Shown: positions 7,920-14,284 of the stretch, piece by piece | How the letters are laid out: each line of letters opens with the position of its first letter | Numbering within the stretch: position 1 is the first letter of the stretch | Virus record (IMG/VR): IMGVR_UViG_3300045988_015542 | Location: 1-41,042 of that record | Strand: one strand, 5' to 3' | DNA: 41,042 bases | From: a virus | Notes under the pieces: generated by a model | Told to the model about the DNA's origin: nothing | Databases searched by the model: none | Seen by the model: only the letters and a program-made list of their open reading frames with translations | Translations under genes and position numbers: made by a program

Positions 7920-8125
7920 GCTTCCACCTCATAACCCAGCGCACGCAGCGCTAAAACTCTGGGGATATACGTTCTCGTGCCCGCCCGCATCGTCGGAAAT
8001 ATCAGTTCGCTCGGGGCCTGCTCCGCATATACTCGAATAGTTTGCGGAGACATGTTTACGATGGGCGCAAATTCTGTCGGAGACAGGAACACTTTCTTTG
8101 ATACCTTCGCTTCTTCAAGTGTCAT
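7916..8125 (-). CDS. Excisionase/MerR-like HTH_17 DNA-binding protein (possible Xis)
   Basis: The pattern SPTEFAPIVNMSPQTIRVY...TYIPR is typical of excisionase-family HTH proteins. Confidence 0.55.
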   Translation of the reverse strand: MTLEEAKVSKKVFLSPTEFAPIVNMSPQTIRVYAEQAPSELIFPTMRAGTRTYIPRVLALRALGYEVEA

Positions 8126-8334
8126 TTTCTCTTGCCTTTCCCCTGCGAGTATGTTACAATAACCGCAGGAACACTATATCTTGTGGTGAAGATTCGTTCC
8201 GCTGCCCTGTTCGGTGTACAGACCGGACAGGGCTTTTTTATGCCCATTTTGGTGTTGCCGCACACAACGCATCGCACAATCCCTTGCAGGGACATGCCGT
8301 GCAGTTGCACTCTCTTGGCGGCTTGTTCTCGCAC
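8122..8334 (-). CDS. Hypothetical small Cys-containing protein (uncertain; an alternative 49-aa ORF lies at 8238..8387 in another frame)
   Basis: The ORF-track frame is coupled (ATGA) to the downstream gene. The alternative frame is coupled to the Cro-like stop. The two cannot be discriminated by eye. Confidence 0.3.
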   Translation of the reverse strand: MREQAAKRVQLHGMSLQGIVRCVVCGNTKMGIKKPCPVCTPNRAAERIFTTRYSVPAVIVTYSQGKGKRK

Positions 8335-8383
8335 AGTGCGTCAGTCCTTGCCATAAATAGATTTTCCAGATCTCTGTAACTCA

Positions 8384-8608
8384 TCATTCCCCCTTCTTTT
8401 CTGCTCTTGCCGCCCGCACCTCCCGCAACGCCGTGATGATCTCATCGTCGGTGACGTGGTACAGCTTCGCTAACTTCGTGATGTACTTGCTTGCCATGCT
8501 GTTCTGGCCTCGCTCCCACTGAGAGACGGCGTTGGGTGAGACGTACAGCTTCTTTGCAACCAACGTCTGCGTATATCCCGCCGCCTCGCGGAGTGCCTTT
8601 AATGTCAA
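8384..8608 (-). CDS. XRE-family HTH regulator (Cro-like, first gene of the early operon)
   Basis: HTH_3 pattern (GYTQTLVAKKLYVSPNAVSQWERGQN). TTG start with GGAGGGG 6 nt upstream. Divergent from the plus-strand lysogeny promoter. Confidence 0.75.
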   Translation of the reverse strand: MTLKALREAAGYTQTLVAKKLYVSPNAVSQWERGQNSMASKYITKLAKLYHVTDDEIITALREVRAARAEKKGE

Positions 8609-8644
8609 ATAAAACCCCTCCTTTCTGATTTAAAGAACTTCATA

Positions 8645-8673
8645 TTGACAAACAAGAAAAACGCCGCTATTAT
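8645..8673 (+). promoter_or_regulatory. Near-consensus sigma-70-type promoter
   Basis: TTGACA (8645-8650), 17-nt spacer, TATTAT (8668-8673). Confidence 0.6.
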
Positions 8674-8704
8674 GTAAGTGTCAGCCAACAAAATATCGGT
8701 TATG

Positions 8705-8744
8705 AGCCCGCAAAACGGGGAATCCGTTGGGGGCTTGGTTTTTT
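8705..8744 (+). terminator. Intrinsic terminator/attenuator about 30 nt downstream of the promoter
   Basis: Hairpin AGCCC..AACGG-GGAAT-CCGTT..GGGCT (8705-8735), followed by TGG and TTTTTT (8739-8744). Confidence 0.5.
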
Positions 8745-8777
8745 GTTGCCGTATTGAAGTTCTATGGTGCTATTATA

Positions 8778-8823
8778 AACAAGATTTTCTCGGTTGTCAA
8801 TCTAAATACAAGAAAATCTTGTT
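8778..8823. repeat. Perfect 13-bp inverted repeat (operator or stem-loop)
   Basis: AACAAGATTTTCT (8778-8790) and AGAAAATCTTGTT (8811-8823), separated by 20 nt. Confidence 0.8.
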
Positions 8824-8885
8824 GTTATTGTTTATAATATTCGTCCTGATTATTTGGGCAATATATATAATTTAGGAGGAGAATC

Positions 8886-9107
8886 ATGAAAGAGTATAAA
8901 ACCGTAGCAGGCCCGCAAGCAATCCAAGTCCAAAAAGGGAATATCCAGTCTGCGTTTGATATGTTTGCGGATATCATCAACCAAAACGCTAAAGCGGGAT
9001 GGGAATATCATTCGATGGAAGCCATTACTGTATCGGAAAAGCCCGGTTGTTTTCAGCAACCTGTAATTCATAATTACTATATGCTGATTTTTGTTAGAGA
9101 AGTGTGA
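8886..9107 (+). CDS. DUF4177-like small protein
   Basis: SD TAGGAGGAGAATC. The pattern MKEYKTV...AKAGWEYHSMEAI...MLIFVRE resembles DUF4177. Confidence 0.6.
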   Translation: MKEYKTVAGPQAIQVQKGNIQSAFDMFADIINQNAKAGWEYHSMEAITVSEKPGCFQQPVIHNYYMLIFVREV

Positions 9108-9116
9108 TTTTGTTCA

Positions 9117-9530
9117 ATGTATAGCGATTCCGACCCTCGCAGTTGGGCGTATGAACGAAAATATTCTCGCCCAAAATTGCAATTAGGAAAAGTCTTTGCC
9201 TCACTTTTTCTGGTAACGTTTAGTTCTTGTGCTATATATATCATTTTAATTGATAAAATCCATTTAGATAATAAATCCGCCGTCTTTTTGTCAATTTCCT
9301 TTCTTGTGCTGATATTTGCTATTAATGCAAAAACTATCTTGATTTGGTGCGTTAAGGCTTATCAACGATTTGCCCCTATATCGGTTCGCTGTATGTGTCG
9401 GTTTGAACCGAGTTGTTCAGAATACATGATTTTGTCGTTGTCAAAATATGGTGCAGTTAAAGGTGTCGTGCGCGGAATTAGCAGAATATGGCGATGTGCG
9501 CATAAAGACGGCGGATTTGATTTCCCATGA
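9117..9530 (+). CDS. YidD-like (membrane protein insertion efficiency factor family) protein with N-terminal two-TM extension
   Basis: CRFEPSCSEY and RIWRCAHKDGGFDFP match YidD signature motifs. Two hydrophobic segments precede the domain. Confidence 0.7.
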   Translation: MYSDSDPRSWAYERKYSRPKLQLGKVFASLFLVTFSSCAIYIILIDKIHLDNKSAVFLSISFLVLIFAINAKTILIWCVKAYQRFAPISVRCMCRFEPSCSEYMILSLSKYGAVKGVVRGISRIWRCAHKDGGFDFP

Positions 9531-9976
9531 TATTAGGAGCTACCATGAAAAGGAAAACTGTAACCCCAAATCTCACTGTCTTATTGCCAATGATTAGGGA
9601 AAAATGCAGGAGCTATGTTGTATTTACAAAAGAAATAAGAGGAAAAGACAATAGCGGTTGGGTCACTGAATGGGGCCGTGGAAGCAATTATCCTTCTCCG
9701 GAAGAAGCGGCGCATATTTGCATTTTTCTAAATACCACTCCCGATGACATTCTCCTGCACGAGGGGAAAACGCCGGAAGAAACCGAAAAGTGCTTAAAAG
9801 ATATTGAGACGGTGCGGAAGTTGGTCGAGGCCGAGGGCGCAAAAAAAGCCCTCGATCCAAAGATCGAGGGCTTGAGCGCCGATGAATTACGCAACCTTGT
9901 CCAAAAAACGAACGACCGTGATGTGTTGTTAATGGTGCTTGACGAGGTCAACAAAAAGTTGCAAGAGCTGCGGTGA
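9527..9976 (+). CDS. XRE-like HTH protein with coiled-coil C-terminus (candidate prophage repressor)
   Basis: ATGA overlap with the upstream stop. Alternative ATG at 9545 follows TAGGAGCTACC. The segment W..G.NYPSPEEAAHICIFLNTTPDDILL is HTH_3-like. Confidence 0.55.
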   Translation: MILGATMKRKTVTPNLTVLLPMIREKCRSYVVFTKEIRGKDNSGWVTEWGRGSNYPSPEEAAHICIFLNTTPDDILLHEGKTPEETEKCLKDIETVRKLVEAEGAKKALDPKIEGLSADELRNLVQKTNDRDVLLMVLDEVNKKLQELR

Positions 9977-10005
9977 TTCTTGTTGTCACATAAGAAGGCG
10001 GTACC

Positions 10006-10404
10006 ATGAGCTATGTATTTAGGCCATCCGACCCCAGCGACCGGCATTTAACGGAAGTTGAGCGGCAAGACTGGCTGCGTGATCTGGAAGACAAAAAAGA
10101 TGACTTCCCCTATATCGCGCTTACAAGGGAGCAAATGAAGCTCTTAAAGCAATCTGAGAAAGACGCCGTGCTTGTAACGCCAGAAAACGAAAATGATGCC
10201 GATGTTCTTTCCGACCATCGTTTTATTTATGTGCTTGTAAATGATGGGAAGCGCGGCTGTATTGCCCGGCAAAGAGGTGCTAACTATATTGCCTATGTGC
10301 AGAAAGAAAGTAAAACTGCGAGGTCTATCACGGCAAGAGATTGTTTTGTTGCGTTGATAAGTGCTATTTTCGGTTTTTTGCTGAATTGCTTGTTTTCTGG
10401 TTAA
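10006..10404 (+). CDS. Hypothetical protein with C-terminal TM segment
   Basis: SD AAGAAGGCGG. C-terminal hydrophobic segment FVALISAIFGFLLNCLF. Confidence 0.55.
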   Translation: MSYVFRPSDPSDRHLTEVERQDWLRDLEDKKDDFPYIALTREQMKLLKQSEKDAVLVTPENENDADVLSDHRFIYVLVNDGKRGCIARQRGANYIAYVQKESKTARSITARDCFVALISAIFGFLLNCLFSG

Positions 10405-10721
10405 TTATATTGCCACTGAATGTTCAGCGCTTCTCGGATAGCTTCAGCTTTTTCTGGAGTAATGTCCGTCGGCTCGTAGTCTTTGCAGGGATTGTCTTTC
10501 CCGCAGCCGAGGACGTACCATCCGCCCCAAGTAGTATAGCGGACGACAACATGCTTGCACCCAGAGCACGCGATGCTTTTGCATTTTGGGAGCGCGGCTC
10601 TGTCAATGACGGCAGATCGGAGTTTATCTTCTTGCGCCGCCTCCTGCGCTTCTGCGAGCTGCCTTTTGAGGCTAAAATTTTCTTCCCGAAGGGCATTTAG
10701 AGCTTTTCTTGTAGCAAACAT
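10401..10721 (-). CDS. Hypothetical protein (coiled-coil N-terminus, Cys-containing C-terminus)
   Basis: ORF in track, convergent with the plus-strand operon. Confidence 0.5.
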   Translation of the reverse strand: MFATRKALNALREENFSLKRQLAEAQEAAQEDKLRSAVIDRAALPKCKSIACSGCKHVVVRYTTWGGWYVLGCGKDNPCKDYEPTDITPEKAEAIREALNIQWQYN

Positions 10722-10840
10722 TTCATTCTCCTTAAAATGGATTCAACTTGTTCATCTGCCAACTCCGAAATTTTCTGAATAATCTCGTCCTTTAATCCCT
10801 GCAAATCCGATTGCTCATTCGTATGTACCTGTTCGGTCAT
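10697..10840 (-). CDS. Small hypothetical protein (~47 aa)
   Basis: Hand translation gives MTEQVHTNEQSDLQGLKDEIIQKISELADEQVESILRRMKCLLQEKL. GGAGG lies 9 nt upstream. Overlaps the next gene. Confidence 0.4.
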   Translation of the reverse strand: MTEQVHTNEQSDLQGLKDEIIQKISELADEQVESILRRMKCLLQEKL

Positions 10841-10967
10841 CCGTTCCATCCTCCGTTCAAGTTCATGCTATAAAACAGGCGTTCTATCACACGGCTTAAT
10901 ATAGCACTTTCGTTCTATTTTTGCAACTACAAGATATGGGGCGTTCTGGATGCTTACTACATAATTT

Positions 10968-11008
10968 AGGCACTGCCGCCCTCTGCAACAAACGGCAGTG
11001 CCTTTTTG
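10968..11008 (+). terminator. Rho-independent terminator (plus strand only)
   Basis: 11-bp stem AGGCACTGCCG/CGGCAGTGCCT with a 14-nt loop, followed by TTTT. Confidence 0.65.
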
Positions 11009-11171
11009 CAGCCAGCGGAGAGCGGTCGCCGCTGCATGGTTTGACCATACTTCGCTTTGTCTGACTACTTCAATACCAAGACTTTGCAATAAGACAGCGC
11101 TCGACGCGGTTCGACAAGCCCTCATCTTGCGATTTCGCGGCGTGAAAATCGAAGAAATTAAGGTGATATAA

Positions 11172-11585
11172 ATGAATATCCAAGAGGTGTGTAAACTCCG
11201 TAAGGAGGCGTTGAAACTTACCTATCAAGACATTTCCGACACTTCCGGCGTGCCGCTGTCCACCGTGCAGAATTTCTTTTCCAAGTTTTCCAAGTCGCCG
11301 TCCATCTACACCGTCGCGCCGATCTGTAAAGCGCTGGGGATATCGCTCGATGAATTTTTTGGAATTACAGAGCATTTGACGCCTACTGAAGAAACCTTGC
11401 AAGCCAGAAACGACGAGCTGGAACGCCATGTTGATGCAAAGGCTGATACCATCGAGATCATGCGGCGCGGCGTCCGTATCCGCAACGGCGTAATTGCAAT
11501 CATGTTTATCATCATCGTTTTGCTCGTTGCGTGGTGTGTGTATATCGACCTGCACTGCGTCGACTATGGGTTTTGGAGGAGGTAA
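11172..11585 (+). CDS. Membrane-anchored XRE-family HTH protein
   Basis: N-terminal HTH_3 pattern, central coiled coil, C-terminal TM segment VIAIMFIIIVLLVAWCVYI. SD AAGGTGA. Its 3' end carries the integrase SD. Confidence 0.7.
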   Translation: MNIQEVCKLRKEALKLTYQDISDTSGVPLSTVQNFFSKFSKSPSIYTVAPICKALGISLDEFFGITEHLTPTEETLQARNDELERHVDAKADTIEIMRRGVRIRNGVIAIMFIIIVLLVAWCVYIDLHCVDYGFWRR

Positions 11586-11586
11586 C

Positions 11587-12714
11587 ATGGCAAATTGTAT
11601 TAAATGCAAAGCAGCGTTGCCGGAGGGCGCGCTGTTTTGCCCTATGTGCGGTAAAAAGCAGACTTCAACCGATAGGAAGAGCAGCAAACGCAGCAATGGG
11701 ATGGGCACCGTTTATAAGCGCGGCGACACGTGGCAAATTGAGATCACAAAGGGCTATAAGGTCAAAGATGGAAAGACGCGACGCGTCCGCGCTTATAAGG
11801 GCGGATTCCGGACAAAAAAGGAAGCGCTGGAATATATTCCAACGCTGAAAAATCAGAAGAAGAAAAACAAATCTCTTACATGGCGTCAGGTATACGAGCT
11901 GTGGGAACCTACCCACCGCGCCAGCAAATCGACGCTCAACTGTTACCATTCAGCAGAGAACCATTTTTCGCAGATAGATTTCTTGCCGCTAAATGAGATC
12001 GAGATTGATGACATTCAGGCCTGCTTGGATGACTGCCCGAAGGGAAAGCGCACACGTCAAAATATGCGGACGCTTTGCGGCCTGATTTACAAGTACGCCA
12101 TCCCGCGCGGTTATGCGACACTAAATATGGCCCAATATTTAACAGTAACCGGAGAAGATGGGGCCTCACGTGCCAGCTTTACTGACGAGCAGCTTAAACT
12201 CATTAAAAACGAGATTAACGAAGTTCCATATGCAGATTATATCTACTGTATGTGTTATCTCGGCTTTCGGCCTTCTGAGTTCTTGGCGCTCGATGTTAAA
12301 GACTATGACGGCAAAAACAAGGCCATAACAGGCGGCGCAAAGACCGAGGCGGGCAAAAACCGCACCGTCACAATCTCTCCAAAAATTCAGCCCATCATTG
12401 ACAGGCTGACGAAAGACAAGATATCTGGTCCGATCTTTTGCGACGAGAACGGAAATCCATTCCGCTATGATTACTTCCGCGATGAGATATTTTATCCCGC
12501 GCTTGCAAAAATAGGGATAGAGAACCCAATTGAGAATGACCGTCACAAGTATTCACCACACACATGCCGTCACACGTTTGCAACGCTGATGAAGAATATC
12601 CCAGCATCGGACAAGGATAAACTTGAATTAATCGGCCACGCAAGCCCTGAAATGCTGCGTTATTATCAGGATGTGCGCATTGACGACCTTAAAAAGATCA
12701 CTGATGCGATATAA
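11587..12714 (+). CDS. int: Tyrosine integrase with N-terminal zinc-ribbon
   Basis: ATG at 11587 follows GGAGGAGG. CIKC..CPMC ribbon. C-terminal HTCRHTFAT, LIGHAS and YY catalytic-region motifs. attP lies immediately downstream. Confidence 0.9.
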   Translation: MANCIKCKAALPEGALFCPMCGKKQTSTDRKSSKRSNGMGTVYKRGDTWQIEITKGYKVKDGKTRRVRAYKGGFRTKKEALEYIPTLKNQKKKNKSLTWRQVYELWEPTHRASKSTLNCYHSAENHFSQIDFLPLNEIEIDDIQACLDDCPKGKRTRQNMRTLCGLIYKYAIPRGYATLNMAQYLTVTGEDGASRASFTDEQLKLIKNEINEVPYADYIYCMCYLGFRPSEFLALDVKDYDGKNKAITGGAKTEAGKNRTVTISPKIQPIIDRLTKDKISGPIFCDENGNPFRYDYFRDEIFYPALAKIGIENPIENDRHKYSPHTCRHTFATLMKNIPASDKDKLELIGHASPEMLRYYQDVRIDDLKKITDAI

Positions 12715-12720
12715 AATCCT

Positions 12721-12741
12721 GTCGGTAACGCAGTCGGTAAC
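12721..12741 (+). repeat. Two direct GTCGGTAAC repeats (putative integrase arm-type sites, P arm)
   Basis: GTCGGTAAC at 12721-12729 and 12733-12741. Confidence 0.6.
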
Positions 12742-12806
12742 AAAAGAGATTTTCTCCGGTTTTTTTAGTTCCGATAAAAATTATCGTTTCGAAAAAGTTA
12801 GAAAAA

Positions 12807-12840
12807 CACCCCGAAATCATCAGATTTCGAGGTGTTTTTC
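12807..12840 (+). terminator. Rho-independent terminator of the int operon
   Basis: 12-bp stem CACCCCGAAATC/GATTTCGAGGTG (one mismatch), loop ATCA, then TTTTT. Confidence 0.7.
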
Positions 12841-12848
12841 GCGCACTT

Positions 12849-12896
12849 TGGTGGAGATAAGCGGGATCGAACCGCTGACCTCTTGACTGCCAGTCA
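12849..12896 (-). other. attP core: 3' 48 nt of a tRNA-Ala(GGC) gene (anticodon loop to CCA)
   Basis: Reverse complement reads TGACTGGCAGTCAAGAGGTCAGCGGTTCGATCCCGCTTATCTCCACCA. It has an Ala-type T-arm, U70 and A73. No 5' half is present. Confidence 0.8.
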
Positions 12897-12934
12897 TTAA
12901 AAAGTTATGCAATACCAGCGAAAATCGGCATTTT

Positions 12935-12954
12935 GTCGGTAACTTGTCGGTAAC
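12935..12954 (+). repeat. Two direct GTCGGTAAC repeats (putative arm-type sites, P' arm)
   Basis: GTCGGTAAC at 12935-12943 and 12946-12954. Confidence 0.6.
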
Positions 12955-12960
12955 AGAAAT

Positions 12961-13284
12961 TCATTTGCTTCCGAGCTTTCGCATGACGCTGTTATAGACG
13001 CGCTCGTTCACGATTTTTAAGCTGTCCATCAGCTCGTCCATGATCTCCCACGCCTTGTCCGGCGGAACATCTTCCACTGCGCGCAGGAAATCGCTGTCGC
13101 CGTATGTTTCGACGTTGACCGGCGCGGGCGCCGCGGAGTATGCCATTGGCAAAGCCCTCTCTCTGCTGCCGCTTTGCTGGTCACGGATGGCATACAGCAC
13201 GGCAAGGCGCTCATAGTTTGTCCAGCTTGATTCTTCCGTTTCAAGGCGAGCTATCCAGCGATTGACCTCATTCTCGTCGACCAT
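12961..13284 (-). CDS. Hypothetical acidic protein (moron cluster)
   Basis: ORF in track; last gene before attP. Confidence 0.6.
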   Translation of the reverse strand: MVDENEVNRWIARLETEESSWTNYERLAVLYAIRDQQSGSRERALPMAYSAAPAPVNVETYGDSDFLRAVEDVPPDKAWEIMDELMDSLKIVNERVYNSVMRKLGSK

Positions 13285-13299
13285 AGGGGTACACCCCCT

Positions 13300-13707
13300 T
13301 TAGCCCTCGATCGTGTCCATGCAGCGCTGGATGGCTCTGCGGATGCTTTCATCATCGGCGTTGTCCAGCATTTCCTGCAACTGACGTTTCATATTATCGA
13401 TGCCGCTGTCACGGGAATAGTGGCCGCGGACGTAGTGCGTACCTCGTCTCGCGTTGGACATGTCACGGTCATAAGCGCCGCGCATACTCGACTGCCAGTC
13501 TCCGTCGCGAGAATAGCGACGCGAATAGTCTCCGTCGCGAGAATAACCGTCGTCTTCCATCATCTCGATCTTGTCGATGTTCTTGATGGTGTCGGTCAGC
13601 TTGTGCGCGATCTCAAGGTCGCCCGCGCCCAGGTCGCCCTTGCGCGCCAGCTCGTCGAGTTCGTCGCACAGCATATTGCGCAGATCATACATTGCTTTCT
13701 TACTCAT
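13300..13707 (-). CDS. Hypothetical protein with repeated YSRDGD motifs (moron cluster)
   Basis: ATG at 13707 follows GAAAGGAGAATGGAC. An 18-nt DNA repeat GTCTCCGTCGCGAGAATA occurs twice. Confidence 0.6.
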   Translation of the reverse strand: MSKKAMYDLRNMLCDELDELARKGDLGAGDLEIAHKLTDTIKNIDKIEMMEDDGYSRDGDYSRRYSRDGDWQSSMRGAYDRDMSNARRGTHYVRGHYSRDSGIDNMKRQLQEMLDNADDESIRRAIQRCMDTIEG

Positions 13708-13720
13708 GTCCATTCTCCTT

Positions 13721-14143
13721 TCACGCGATTCTCTCAACCGTCAGGTTCGAGTTGGCGAAGTTGACGGCCTGAGTGCTGGTGTTTTCCATTGCGACCGTCA
13801 GGCAGCAGCCTTTCGGGACGCAGACCTGTGCGGAAACATAAATGTTAAAGTAGTTCTCTACCGCCGCAGGCGTGACAGTCGCCGTTGCACTGGTCAGCGG
13901 CTCTCCGTTGATGGCAAGTGCCGCCGTGATGGCCTCGACCGTACCTCCGGTGGGAATAGCGATGTTGCCGCCAAAGGAGACCCGAAACAGAGCGCGGTTT
14001 TGATTGGTGATGCCGCGCAGCGTGACAATGCCGGCGCCCTGGCGATGCACGATACAGGGCTTGCTATTGACCGCCGTTTCGGTCAAGGGAACGTTCTGGC
14101 CTGCGGCTACGCTCACAATATTCGCATTTGTGTACTCTGCCAA
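13721..14143 (-). CDS. Hypothetical beta-rich protein, possibly TNF/C1q-like (BclA C-terminal-domain-like)
   Basis: TTG start with GAAAGGA 9 nt upstream. Alternating beta-strand pattern and length resemble exosporium BclA C-domains. This rests on recollection, not a search. Confidence 0.5.
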   Translation of the reverse strand: MAEYTNANIVSVAAGQNVPLTETAVNSKPCIVHRQGAGIVTLRGITNQNRALFRVSFGGNIAIPTGGTVEAITAALAINGEPLTSATATVTPAAVENYFNIYVSAQVCVPKGCCLTVAMENTSTQAVNFANSNLTVERIA

Positions 14144-14284
14144 AATAATCAGTCCTTTCTAAATGGGTCGATTTCGACCCGGTTAAAATACAGCGGCGGA
14201 GCGATTGCCCCGCCGCGTTGTCGTAGTATCGGCACGGGGCCGACCATTTTCCCCGAGTGGGGAAAAAGCTATGCTATGCAGTTT

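Noticed and set aside
8678-8875. 65-aa plus-strand ORF in the switch region with a hydrophobic tail
   Set aside because: It has a non-ATG start without an SD. It reads through the terminator hairpin and the 13-bp inverted repeat. The hydrophobic tail derives from AT-rich regulatory DNA.
12671-12886. 71-aa plus-strand ORF downstream of int
   Set aside because: It runs through the int terminator hairpin and into the tRNA-derived attP core, and it has no SD.
12721-12954. The GTCGGTAAC repeats as a mini-CRISPR or other array
   Set aside because: There are only four 9-nt copies in two pairs, flanking the attP core, with no regular spacers and no cas genes. Integrase arm sites are the simpler explanation.
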